Shown here: piece after piece, positions 37,069 to 50,764 of the stretch
Layout: each line of letters starts with the position of its first letter
How positions within the stretch are numbered: the first letter of the stretch is position 1
Assembly (NCBI GenBank): GCA_040437565.1
Contig: JBDOQK010000020.1
Coordinates: forward strand, 1-64,000
DNA from: Albugo candida
Lineage: Eukaryota
Length of the DNA: 64,000 nt
Direction: 5' to 3'
Notes under the pieces: model-generated
Databases searched by the model: none
Told to the model about the DNA's origin: nothing
What the model saw: only the letters and a program-made list of their open reading frames with translations
Position numbers and translations under genes: made by a program

Positions 37069-40000
37069 TTACTTTTCTGGTTGGACCCACTCGATAGTTC
37101 CGTTGGCGTGGATTAAGAGTCCACCAAGTCGAGAATGTGTAGATGTCTTCTCCTTCAAGCCCAAATTCGACCAAATTCGATGTTTGACAAGCATAGAAAT
37201 TTGCGCTCTTTTTGCTGTTAGTGCGTCTTTATCGAAGGGTTCCAGTAGTACAAATGCCTCATTTGAAACTACGTCTGAGAAGATAATATCAGTAGCAGCA
37301 CATTTGACAATGATACGTCTGAAAGTAGATACCTTGCCCGATTGATTCAACTGCTTCCTCATCACCAAGCGAAGCTTCATCCGATTGTGCTCCTTCGTCG
37401 TCAGGGTAGGTGGATGCACAATTTTCGGATCTTGTTGAGCTGTTGGTCGTGGTATTCTCTGGAGATGGTGGGGCATCAAAATCATTCTTGCGATAAGCAG
37501 GGCGTTGACCTATATCAAGTTTATCATTCGTTGTCCTGCTCATTTTGTGAGCTGCTTCTCACCGTATGTATTATTTGCAGGCGTGCATAAGCAGGTCGAA
37601 TTGCATGCACAATGAGAAAAATGGCAAAATCGTCCGCGCTGACAGACTCCTTTATTCTGGAAATCGTAGCAAACACCGGCTCCTGGCGTTCACACGATGA
37701 GTATAGTTATCGCATGCGAAAGTGTGCAAATTACCACTTCGCTGCTTCTTGTTGGTCGTTAGGTCTTTATGCTGTACACATTGATATTTTAGCATTCCAA
37801 CATGACCAAGGCGCCATACTGAGTGATACCTCTTGCATTGGTCCAGAGTCACCAACGCGTACTTTCGCTGCTGACAAACCAGACTTTCTCTTCTCTTCTG
37901 AAAACACAAGTCCCAATTCTTCCATCTGTATATTCTCAGAAAAAGCTTGCTCAACCAGAGATACTAGGCTTTTCTCCCATGGAGCATTTCTATCCGAAGC
38001 AGTACGAACGAATCTCCAGCCCCCTTAATGAATAACTTATAACCGAACATTGTTTCACCACAAAAAGTGAATATACCTTTCCGCCATCCCTGACCCTGTG
38101 CTGTGTCATTAAATTCCGGATCGCCAACATCCCATGATTTATTTTCATTAGAAGGAACAAAGGTCAACCATTCCGCGTCATATACACACTGAATGATTCG
38201 TGTCGATGCTTTTTTATCTTGCCGGAAATGGTCATTTTGCTCTATAGTCAACGTAAGAACGTCCGCGTTGGATACAGTTCTACGCTAATACCTTTAGAAA
38301 AAGTGATCCAATCGTAGAAAACTGGTGTGCGTTTCTCATGCGACATCAGCTTGTACCCTGTCGTCGGCGGTCGACCACGCCACTCGACTCCGAGTTGAAA
38401 ATCAACGGTTACCAGTGGCGCCGGAGTCCAATGGAATAGATTATTAGTTTGACCTGGCTTGTAAGGTGACGATACTGGTGTGAAGCTCAATCCAGCATTT
38501 TGTCTGGTTTGGGACACTCTTGGTATGATGCTTCGTATCACATGCTCGATGCGCGAAACCGGGTACATCGATGGAACTACTAGCTGGAAAGGATCAGGTG
38601 GTTGACCCTTCGGAAGCGGGATTGACTTTCGCGGTCCAACCACATCGTTTTGCAGCAGCTGATAATGAGCCTGTCATGAGTCAAGCGTAGATCAAGTGAT
38701 AATGCAACGCACTTTGAGGCGATCCTGTAGTTTGGAAGACATGACTGGGGTTCCATTGAGAAGTATGATATCATATGCTAAAAATGATAAGGCTGTTTTC
38801 GTCCCATCCTAAAAACGCAAGTAGGACAATAGCGCATCAATGGTAGTGAGTACTGAATGAGACCTTATCAGAGACCAATAAGCCGTCTAATAGCGTCCAT
38901 TGATGAGGTACGATAACATGACGGTCAACTCCTGGTTGCAATCGGTCCGGACGAACGGGACAGAATAGGATGAGTTCACGCATCTCATAATTTGGACTGA
39001 TAAGGTAGCATCGCCCTTGTAGAAGGAGAACTAAATATCTATTTGATTTATTATAATATCAGGAAAATTGTTATGTTATATGCACTACAAACCTGCAACC
39101 GACAGACTTCTCACACACAAAGTAAGACTGCTCTCCCACGTGGCTTAAATTTGAGCGAAGAAGCGTTTGTGGAATAGTCATTGGCGCTATGGAGGTGTCA
39201 TTCCATCCGATAATGCCATTGATCTGCCGCTGAATGTGCTTTTGTGTGTTTATATGAACTGGTTGGCCGATTTCGGGAGGCAAGTTGGCATCGACCGATA
39301 ATGAAAGCGTGTTGGCAATTACTGACATGTGAAAGGCCAAATATGGCTCATGCCGGTATGTAGTTTCAGAGGTAAAATGCTGTGAAGATATAAGAAAACG
39401 AAGGTAAATTTTGAAGGTAAAAGAAACTATCCACAGGCGTATTTCTATATGAACACATAAATGAGAAGCAGTGACCCTACCTTTGTACATCTCGTTGATC
39501 GCTGGCGCGTAATTTCGTATACATAGTGAAGTTGTCGACGAAATGACGATGTGAAATCTTAGCAACTGAAGAATTTTAATAGACGATGGATTCCCATGAT
39601 CTGAAGTTGCAAGAAACGCGTTATATTTAGTAACATTCCAACAACTGGTCCTTTGGACGACTTAAAAATGTGCATCTGATCGCTAAGCTGCTTCACCCAA
39701 GGCCGAATGAACATGAAGCCTTCCATTCTTCTTTCGTACTCGCGTATTGGAAGCCACGCATTCAGCGTAGCGTCGATACAGCACGCAAGCCGTTCTTGAC
39801 TTGAGTGATAGAATAGGTTGGTGCATTGTGTGTTGGAACCATCATGTACAGGCTAGACATGCCGCACCTCTGGATATCGATGATCGTATACAGCCTTGTG
39901 TACAACTGCCGCTCCCTTCGTCACTGCATCTGGCTTCACGTATCCCGCTTCGCCATTTCTACGCTTTGATATAAGCATTTAAAGCTTCTCTGAAGTTTCT

Positions 40001-41119
40001 AGTTACCCATACGAAAACACAAGCTATTCGACCTTGACCGTACCATCTAATACTTCATATCTGACGGAAACAATTAGAATATTGTGTACTTTTGCTTGGA
40101 CATAGCGCCCGTGTACATGCGGGTGGTTATCCTCACATTCACAGATCCATTGTAGCAGCAGACACTTCTCGAAGTTTGATAAAAGTGACCTCACACATAC
40201 TTCAAATTTTGATGCATGGCAGCCCACAATGGTCTTCTGCATATGACAAATGGTAGAGCAAGTGGTAACTATCCCATACCTTGCGAGATCTGGCTATAAC
40301 GCAGAATGAATACACAGTGCTTGCATCTGCGTGAGTGTCAGGTGCACCGGAGCTCCTGACGTTCACTGACTTTGTGACCTTCCGTTGGCGCGGTATAATT
40401 GCGCTCGAAGTGTTGTAAATGTTGCACGCAAATATATTTCCCAGTATATAAAGCAAATGCCCTCTTTATGTTATTAGCTTTATAGGTCACCCCACACTCG
40501 TTTTCGATTGGTGGTAGCTCCTCTCCATACTTGATGGTCAGAAGTGCTGGTTTTCTGATCTTAGTGCGATGCACAACGCTATGAAAGCACCAGTAACAAA
40601 AGTCAGATATGCTGCAGGGTGGGGCTGGTGTTGGATGAGGGCGTCTCCGTCATCTCCGTCTGAGCTACAATGTATACTGCGGCCTTTTATCGCTCGAGAA
40701 GCTTTCTAAGCGTAACGTCATGGCTTTCATACGGATTCGCACAAAAGTTTGACTAAAAGGATTGATATCGGCTTGTGGACGTGCACTTGCCGTGTTCACC
40801 GGAATACAAATTGTTTGGTGATCATAATCACTGGACTAGCTGAAAATTTAATTAGCTTGAAAGATTGCAGCATCCTTCTAAACGTATTTGAAGTTATGTT
40901 CTATTGAGAACAAAACGCATGACCGACCACATCGACAATGACGAAGTACGCGCTACTCGATTGATACCGTGGCAAGCCAAAAAAACTGGATATGTAATTT
41001 TCAGTTAGAATAGGTTCGTGCTCGCATTCGACCCGCCATGCCTTACGTGCGATCGTCCTCGATTTATTGATTTCTTCAAGAATCGACATGCAATCACGTT
41101 CGTCAGGTTCGTCAGACAT
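37069..41119 (-). pseudogene. Long decayed coding-like region of unknown family
   Basis: A chain of co-oriented, abutting minus-strand ORF fragments that switch frame, from MSDEPDERDC... at 41119 to about 37069. No recognisable domain. Confidence 0.45.
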
Positions 41120-43691
41120 CTACACGCAAAGTTGCAATGTTTTACCGCTTCTCAACGACGATAAAATCGCTTAAGGACAACATCAAGCTATGGAGTTGAT
41201 ATAGCTCACCGCATGCTGGGAAGCGGCCTACAAACATTGATATTGTAGCGCTTTTAAAAACAATATAACAGCGTGCTTTGCAGTGTTTACGAGTGAGAGA
41301 CCAAATCATAAACGCAGTCGTATAACCATGGATAAATGTACAGCCATGGAGGACGGCTTGTGAACTTCATCGAATGCACGAATGCTGTTGAATTTATAAA
41401 TGTTTACAGCTTCAAAAAAAGTCTGTCCTGTATCGATGAGCATTTCTCGACGGTCAACCGTAAGGGTCTCTCGCAACTCTGTTGAAAATCAAACCAATGG
41501 ATTCTAACAGTTGATGGCTCACAACCCAAAAAACGTAGCTATCTCTAAAAAACCGAAGCTAAGCAAAGATGCACAATGTGAGAAGAGAAATCCTGATTCG
41601 TGAATCCATGGTCCACGCACTGTTTGGTGAGCATGCAGAGTATGGGAATTGTTCATCTGGGTGGTGCAGGAGCACTCATCAAAGCGATCAAAGATATCGT
41701 GATGCTACATCTCCTTGAAATTGGGCTACAAAACGAACGACCGCTGCTCCACGTTGAATTTAAGAGAAGCGGCAAGATACAATTTTCTTTCACGGATCGA
41801 CATACAAGAGCAGTAACGTCATCCACCCTTCGTTATTCTCCAGTACTTTTGAATGAGGTGTTCCCGGAGCACCCAAAATACAAACATTTGCAAAGTTGGT
41901 TGACGAACGTAAGTGTGCCATACTAAACTACAATGGAAACCTATAAACACATGACGAACTAATTAGCGATGTATCCTTCTCTGTATAACTTGAATGGAAT
42001 CAGATAATGTATGGGCTCTCGCACATTGTGCCAATTATAGAACTGTCGTGTTACGGTGATTTATCAATCTTGTAATCTTCTGGAAATGATACAACTGGAT
42101 GTATTATCACTCGTCTCACTCTTTCATTCCGGAGGAAAAAGAAATTGGTAGATTAGTTGCTCACTTTCAAACCTTTCTTAACTATGCACAAACCATTGCA
42201 TCGATCAACGAAGACGGCCCGCATCATTATCAAAAGCTTCGCAATGGTCGCGATCATGTCACTTGACTAAAGTGCGCAGTGCTCATTTCTCAATGTTTTG
42301 CGAAGAGGGCGACAATACCACGCATATGATATGGTATTTTCAGCGATACTGTAGCCTCCCTCTGAATCCTTTGTGGATAAAACTAATCAGCTAAAAGCAT
42401 ATACAGTTTACAAAGGAGAGAGTTGGAAATCCCTCTCCAATCGAGGCACCTTACCATCACGTTTGAAATTTACCGTCCTTCTTTGCGCTGGCTGGAATTG
42501 TGGACTATTAGTCATCTACAAGTTAACGGATTCGCAGATTTATCGTCATTTTCCGAAGGCGTCGAATAGCAGTTGGTGACAGATGTTCAGGTAATAAAGT
42601 ATAGCTGTCTTTATGCTCTAGTGCAACTAAGCCCGTGGTCATTCGCGCAGTAAAGGAAAGCGCTAACGGTAGAGGGCTGTAAAGGGCAATACTGCTGCAA
42701 GTGTCTGAAAGCAGGCGACTTAAAAGTAGCTAGCTAGCTTTATTGCTTTGTGGATAAATAAGCACGCCAGGAAGTTTCTGAAATGCTGCTGGAAATTCTT
42801 TCGGAGATCTTTAGAACGTTGCAAAGTGTCAAATATGGGGTACCAGCTCGGGTTCAAGTGTTCTTTTCTAAACTCCAACTCATTGACGGACGCCATCAGA
42901 ATCAGCATATCGTGATTTTACTTCAAAGCGATTGTCTTTGTTTTGATTCCCTTGCCATATTTTGATTACCATTAATCGGTAAATTCTGAAAAGAAGTTTG
43001 CTGTTCTGTCTCTCTCTACCCAACTTCAACCATCGACGAGAACTTGCGGATTAAGAGGATAGACATGAGTACTACCTTTCTATCATTTTTTTGGAATCTC
43101 TTTACTTTCATACTTTTAGGAACCGTACAAACGATAAACACAAAGACTTGCTGTCTAAAAAGTATATTGGGAACTCTGTTAGCAACTATCTTATGTCTCT
43201 CTGCGACCTTTCACTGCCTACGAATATTTAGGAGTGGTGACCTTCCCCAGTGGAGGTCTTTAACTTACCGTCGCTGCAATCAGTAGATCCGGTTTTCAAG
43301 ACATACTATATCTTCAACCACCATTTCGAGTCTCAGGCAGGTCAATGTATAAGAACGCGCTACCTGCGTTCATGAAAACGTAGCATTAGCACCCGTTTAC
43401 CATCACCATCTGCATGACGCTATAATTACAGGAGGCATCTGCTTTCACTACAGTGATCAAGTGAAGCTTGATTGCAATACATTGAGAATTTGGTTAGATC
43501 GAGAATGCCAAGCGTGAGAAATTGTTTATAGTCGCATGGGAATTAGTATGTACTCATTGGACCCTTGACCGGAACCAAGCGAATGACAACATAACTTTTA
43601 ATAACTCGTTGCTAGATACAGCACTAGCTAGTATCTTTGTGTTCCGCCTCCACAACTTGACTATTTCGTGCAACCCCGGAAATTTGAGCAA

Positions 43692-43865
43692 TGATGGGTT
43701 GGGTATCCATCCCAAGGTTAGGTCACGCGTATCTTTCATATCTTTCCATAAAAACCGGTACCAGAGAGGATCTAAAATAATACACTTTTGATTTTGCAGT
43801 TATCGGAGTCGAACAATCCCGAAGCCGCAACAGTGAAGACTTGTTCAGGAGTGAACAAGATGTCA
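43692..43865 (+). repeat. 5' LTR (portion alignable to the 3' copy; true 3' end not determined)
   Basis: Near-identical to 47806-47985 with several substitutions and small indels. Confidence 0.85.
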
Positions 43866-46800
43866 AAGTTAACTTTAGCTCGTTACTTGTTTTCTTTAGA
43901 ATAAGTTCTGAAAGAAAACGTTTTTATTGGTGAAGATTATAAATACAAACGAAGACATGTACGAGGAGCTCAGTTGAAGGTGTCTATATTACTAGAATTA
44001 GACTAACTGACTTCTCTAGTTGCCTAGGCTACCTAAGATAACATATATACATATAAAAAACGTTTCGTGAAATACCTGTGAGAGATGATCAAATGTCGTC
44101 TCGTTGATAATCTCGTATCGTAGTAGCCTCAGCACCCTTAATACGAGACTGTGTCCAGCTTGTAAATGCTGTAAAGCTGTAAAGTTGTAAAGTTGTAAAA
44201 ATGGTCCAAAAGTANNNNNNNNNNNNNNNNNNNNNNNNNNNNNNNNNNNNNNNNNNNNNNNNNNNNNNNNNNNNNNNNNNNNNNNNNNNNNNNNNNNNNN
44301 NNNNNNNNNNNNNNCACACAGGGGTGATGACTGATCAACAATCATACAATCACCCAAAACAGGGTGACTCATGAGGGTTGCCACGTCACTACAAGTGGAC
44401 GCTAGCACCCTTGGTTGTGTCGATATGTCGACTTGAACCATTGTTTTCGAGTTGTTTTACTAAATTGGCGGGTTACTTAGTAGCCGGCAAATTTAGAAGT
44501 GTACGAGGAGCTCAGACGAATCGTACCAGAGGCGGAAGAACCACAAAAATGCCTAGGGTTGCGAAGAATCGACCCGTCTGGAACGTTCCTTGGAGAGTTG
44601 ACCGAAGAACGTGTTCGTAGGATGACAGATGACATCGAAATGGCGGACGTTTCCGGAGATAGTCGGATAGCAAACGCGCCTCAACTTCCACGACACCCGA
44701 TTTACGAAGGGGAAACGTCCAAGGAAAGCGCGAATTCGCAAAGGAATATCAAAAATATTACAACACGCTGCTCGCTTATGATACCTGCATGAAAAAGCCG
44801 TTTGTAATGCCGATATTAGCCTGCGTGGACGTTTGGCAAAACGATGAGATTATGAGATTCGAGATGGAAAAGGATCCCGAAGACATCACCGAGAAGATTA
44901 GATCAACTACTTCCGGGAAGCAGAACAGCCCGATTACGTGGATTTAACGAAAATAGACGCAGAAATGCGCAGGATAAGGCTAGATATGACCTCAATGGAT
45001 GCCGGATCGAGAATATCTCGCTTGAGTAATCAAATTTACAGAATACTGGACCAGCACGGTGTACAGGAGTACGTGGAGCAGGTGGACTCGAAAATAATCG
45101 TCAAGTGGATGGTTGATGCATTGGAACCACCAGCGTTCAAACACAAAGCTGTCGAGAAATTGGGGATGGACCTGCATGAAAAGAAAAAAGAAATCCTGTG
45201 GTGTTTTGCAAATGATGTCAGGATCTATTGAAAATTTTCATGGAGTGGGAGCCGGAAGCGATACGAAGAAGTATCCACCAAATAGATGATTTCAAAGAGG
45301 CAAACCAAAATAAGATAATGCAACAAAGAAATTTTTCAAAAGAGAACAGCGAGAGAGTTATGGATTTTGGTACAAGCAGGTCACAAAGATTCAAGTGTCT
45401 GAAGTGTGATAGTACGAAATACTCTGTTCGAAATTTTCCATCATGTGCACCGGGTGAAGCGGAGTTGATGTTGAATCTGCGCAAATTGCCCCGATAAACA
45501 ATGTGAAGGATAAAATACGAGTGAAGAAAGTGTTGGAGGGTGGAAACAGCGGGAGGTCATGGCTACGGTGGATGGAATAGAAAATATCAGAACGCTATTG
45601 GATTCAGGCTCGGATTGCCGTATCATACCAGCGGGTTTGGTAAACATTCTGTCGTCAAAAACGTTTCTACGCGTGAAGGAGCTGAAACGGCCCCTGAAGA
45701 TAAGACTGTGGGTAGTACTCCGTTGTGGGTGAAAAGAAAGGTACTACTGAACTGCGTCGAGTTCAAAACTAGTGGTGGATCACTTATCTGGAGAAACCTA
45801 GAATCATTGGTAAATGAAGAGGATAAACCAATATCCCTGATTTTAGAAAGTGAGTTGATGGAGAAAATGGGGTTCTCAGTTATAGCCATACTGGACGGAG
45901 CGAGGGAGAAAAAGACGATATGGAATGCGCAGGATGCAACACCGCCCAAATCGCCTGTGTGTAATTTTCTGCACGACTGTGAAAAAAAGCTGTATGAAGA
46001 CATGGAGAGTATCAACGATGAAAAAGAGACATCTTTGTATACACCAGAAGTGGGGAAGCTAACCAGCCAAACGGAAATCATTCAAAAAGTATTGGAAGAA
46101 AAGGTTAGGGATGCAGAAAAGGTAGGCTCAAAGCCAGAATTAATTGAAAGGCTCAAGGAGCTGTTTTCAAGATTCCAAAATGTTTCCGGGCGCGGCGAAC
46201 CCTTTAGTGGCAGTCGCTCCTCTTCGAGTACAACTAAAAGAAGGATCAACTCCCATCATGGCAAAGTCTAGACGATACCCACCCTTGAACAAAGATCATT
46301 TGAGAAAACATTTCGGGGAACTGGTGGACCACAATTTGGCTTACAGAAACCCAGAGTCACGATGGGGAAGTGCCCCTCGAATCGTGGCAAAGAAGGCAGT
46401 CGGTGAATATCGCATGACGGTGGATTTACGTGCTATCAATGTAGTAACAGTACCTATGGCGTGGTCAATGCCGCATTTGGAGGTAGTCTTGGCTCAACTT
46501 GAATGATCAACGTGTTATTTTTCGCTGGATTGTTTCCGTTTTTACTGGAACTACCTCTCGATGAGACCAGCAAAGACTATTTTACAGTGGTAACCCCAGA
46601 CGGTTTATTCACGGCGAATAGAGTGATCATGGGATCAACAGATGCAGTGACTTACGCGCAACAAGTGGCCGAGCATGTTATGAAGTCAGTATTAGGAAAG
46701 GGAGTCCAAGTATGGCTGAATGATGTTCTAGGGTATGCCGAGACGAATGCCATCCTTTCGGAGACATTGGAGATTGTTTTACGGCACTGCGAGGAATACG

Positions 46801-47805
46801 GGGTGAAACTGAATCCAGCAAAATGCATATTCCTCACCTATTCCATAATATGGTGCGGAAAGGAAATCTCAAAAGCAGGGATCAGTCATTGCGCGAATCG
46901 AGTTCTGGGATTGTGCGAACTCGAAACTCCGGAGACTACAGCCGAACTTCAAACATTTATATGTGCTGTAAACTGGATGCGAAACAACATACCGAATTAT
47001 ACCGCACTGGTACAGGATTTGCATGACGTCCTGGAAATTGCGACTAGAGCTGCAGGATGTAGAAAGAAGCGGAACCTTCTCCACGCCCCTTTGAAAGACC
47101 ACGGCTGGAGTATGAAACAAGACCAGTGGTTGGAAAAGGTGAAAGCAGCGCTAGTAGCGATGGTACCCATGGCTCACCCAAAAGACACCTGGGAAGTCAG
47201 CATGTATACGGATGCATCGCATACTGAGACGTTGCAAGCTACGCTGGACGGCATGCATTAACGAGTGTCCGCCGTGGCAAAGAAGAAAAACGACGCTGCG
47301 AGACGTCGATACAACAAAAAAAACGGCATGTCTCCGGTAAATTCCGAGATTGGGGATTGTGTTTTCTCTGGAAATGTTATACGACGAACAAACAAGCTCA
47401 TGTTACATTGGAAGGGACCTTACCGGGTAGTGGCAACCATAAACGGGTGGACTTACGACATATAAGAGCTGGTTGAACCGTTTGCTACCATTACCCGGCA
47501 TGTCACGCGATTGAATTTCTACAGCGAGCGAGATTTGGAAATCACGCAAGACTTGAACGACTACGTGGTGTTTGCAAATGGTGGACATTTGGTACAGAAT
47601 TTTCTGGCCGTACCAATCCAGATACACATCAGCGGGCACTTCTAGTCCAATGGATTGGTTTGGATGCGGCTGAGAATAGCTGGGAATCTCCAAGCATTCT
47701 GCTGGAAGATGTCCCGGTGTTATTCAAAAAAATGGTGGCATCCGAACCTAAGGCGGAACCTTTGCAACCTGCATTCACACTGAAAGTTCAAGAAGGTGAG
47801 AGAAA

Positions 47806-47985
47806 TGATGGGTTGGGTATCCATCCCAAGGTTATGTCACGCGTATCTTCCATATCTTTCCATAAAAGCCGGTACCAGAGAGGATCTTGAATAATACACT
47901 TTTTGATTTTGCAGTTATCGGGGTCGAACAACCCCGAAGCCGTTCGGCGGTTGAAGCAGTGAAGACTTGATCAGGAGTGAACGAG
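47806..47985 (+). repeat. 3' LTR, apparently truncated
   Basis: Follows the PPT; similarity to the 5' copy is lost after ...CAGGAGTGAAC. Confidence 0.85.
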
Positions 47986-50764
47986 AAATCAAGCAAGAAA
48001 TATGATCGAAATGGGTCCTCCTTCAAATTTCCACGATCTATTGAGCTGGATACAACAACTCGTCCACTGATACACTGGAATTGTGAAGCTCATGACCAAC
48101 AGTCCGAGCTTTGCTTTGTGACACTTTGCCGGACTACGGGAGTGCAACCTTCGAAACTTGCTATTACTTTGATGTTTAACAAGATAACGTCTACAAACTC
48201 GATGACGCCCCATTATGTAGTCCTTTAGAGATGACACCATATCTACAAGTTGGTTCTCCTTTAAACTAAAAATACTTTCTCATCTTTTAATTGTATCCTT
48301 TATTGCTGAGGAGGTGAAGGCTCTCAACTCCTAGAATCACCACAAAGTGGCACGCAGCGGTTGTGGTTTTTCTGGTTTCTAAATATGAAATTCACGACAT
48401 TTTATTCCATGACCGTGTGGGCTGTACAAACCCCTACGAGGTAAATGGATCCGCGGACGATCGAATCCATACAACAAGCACAAGCTAATGTGGGAACAAT
48501 AAAATCGAGATGTATGATTTATCATGCTACGGGCAATACAGCATCTAACAATACGAGGTGACTATTTTTACATAGGAAGGGTGCGATGCGTATTGGAAAA
48601 TTGAAAGCTGACGGCTTGGTAGCGTGACGGTACTACTCTAAGAGAGATTCGGTTGAATATATGACTTCTTTTATGCTGCTGCAGCCAAAATGTTCTGATA
48701 TGATTTGCATTGCCCAAGGATACGATTACCCGATCTTTCCTCAACTAGATACATAGCGCAGATAATTGCCCATCATCTCTCAATAAAAAACAATGAGTAC
48801 ATGCATCTTTATTATATTTCCTTGGTAACGAGAACGAGTGATTGAAGCTTCTTTGCTTGCAATGATGTTTAATGTTCCAAAATAACCTTTTCTTTTGACT
48901 TACAAAAATGGATCGATCGATTCTGCCGGGAAAGGTGCTTACGAGTCGTTTCTCTGTTTGGCTGACTATGATACCAGTTTTAATTTTCCTTGCTTTTAAG
49001 CGTGAATGATCGCCTCATCTCGTACTCGGACATTTATTTGAAATAGATTGAGTTTTTGCCAAGTCTAGAACCGCAGTGTCGTACTTAAGCCAAGGGCAAT
49101 GATGGACATCTTCCCTGCAGAAGAAATGATATTTTTTCTGTTGCATCAAGTCAAAATACTTGCACACAAAATGTGGGCCTAATGGTCTAAGCGAACGCCA
49201 GTAGAGTTACAACTGTGCCAAGTGCTCCTTATTGTTGAGTTTTATGAGGTTTGATATACCGACATTGAACCCGTGCTGCTTGAAACAAGCTATCCTGTAC
49301 CACGTGTGCGAGAGGAGATTCGATTCATCGATCTCGAGGAAAGTAGCATTGGATTTCTGGATCGGAGCTGTGCCTAGACTCTCAATCAGACTTCGAATCC
49401 GACCAAGTCATCTTGTTTGTCCTGCAAGGTCTGCTCATCCCATTTTAGCCACTGGGTAGGTGATGACCTGTATGAAGCTGCTTACAATTACCATCTACTC
49501 CATACATTTTGCATATACNNNNNNNNNNNNNNNNNNNNNNNNNNNNNNNNNNNNNNNNNNNNNNNNNNNNNNNNNNNNNNNNNNNNNNNNNNNNNNNNNN
49601 NNNNNNNNNNNNNNNNNNACATTTTATTCCATGACCGTGTGGGCTGTACAAACCCCTACGAGGTAAATGGATCCGCGGACGATCGAATCCATACAACAAG
49701 CACAAGCTAATGTGGGAACAATAAAATCGAGATGTATGATTTATCATGCTACGGGCAATACAGCATCTAACAATACGAGGTGACTATTTTTACATAGGAA
49801 GGGTGCGATGCGTATTGGAAAATTGAAAGCTGACGGCTTGGTAGCGTGACGGTACTACTCTAAGAGAGATTCGGTTGAATATATGACTTCTTTTATGCTG
49901 CTGCAGCCAAAATGTTCTGATATGATTTGCATTGCCCAAGGATACGATTACCCGATCTTTCCTCAACTAGATACATAGCGCAGATAATTGCCCATCATCT
50001 CTCAATAAAAAACAATGAGTACATGCATCTTTATTATATTTCCTTGGTAACGAGAACGAGTGATTGAAGCTTCTTTGCTTGCAATGATGTTTAATGTTCC
50101 AAAATAACCTTTTCTTTTGACTTACAAAAATGGATCGATCGATTCTGCCGGGAAAGGTGCTTACGAGTCGTTTCTCTGTTTGGCTGACTATGATACCAGT
50201 TTTAATTTTCCTTGCTTTTAAGCGTGAATGATCGCCTCATCTCGTACTCGGACATTTATTTGAAATAGATTGAGTTTTTGCCAAGTCTAGAACCGCAGTG
50301 TCGTACTTAAGCCAAGGGCAATGATGGACATCTTCCCTGCAGAAGAAATGATATTTTTTCTGTTGCATCAAGTCAAAATACTTGCACACAAAATGTGGGC
50401 CTAATGGTCTAAGCGAACGCCAGTAGAGTTACAACTGTGCCAAGTGCTCCTTATTGTTGAGTTTTATGAGGTTTGATATACCGACATTGAACCCGTGCTG
50501 CTTGAAACAAGCTATCCTGTACCACGTGTGCGAGAGGAGATTCGATTCATCGATCTCGAGGAAAGTAGCATTGGATTTCTGGATCGGAGCTGTGCCTAGA
50601 CTCTCAATCAGACTTCGAATCCGACCAAGTCATCTTGTTTGTCCTGCAAGGTCTGCTCATCCCATTTTAGCCACTGGGTAGGTGATGACCTGTATGAAGC
50701 TGCTTACAATTACCATCTACTCCATACATTTTGCATATACTTTCTGTATACTTTTTTTTGTCGT

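Larger units (their letters stand above)
43692..47985 (+). mobile_element. Ty3/Gypsy chromoviral LTR retrotransposon, degenerate and internally deleted
   Basis: LTR copies start TGATGGGTTGGGTATCC at 43692 and 47806, the second preceded by the polypurine tract AGAAGGTGAGAGAAA. Internal motifs: gag knuckle remnant CLKCDSTKY, protease LLDSGSD, RT YRMTVDLRAIN and VWLNDVLGY, RNase H start YTDAS, integrase C-terminus HWKGPYRVV and chromodomain LVQWIGLDAAENSWES. Confidence 0.93.

Noticed and set aside
41190-41926. Possible CCG/CHxC-type effector relic (MELI*LTACW...NNITAC then LQCLRVR after a frameshift)
   Set aside because: Needs two stops and a frameshift repaired and lacks the motif glycine; too speculative.
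42370-43300. Short ORFs upstream of the LTR element
   Set aside because: No motif recognised and many stops.
48397-50740. Apparent 1.1-kb tandem duplication
   Set aside because: Same pattern: identical-looking copies on each side of an N-gap.
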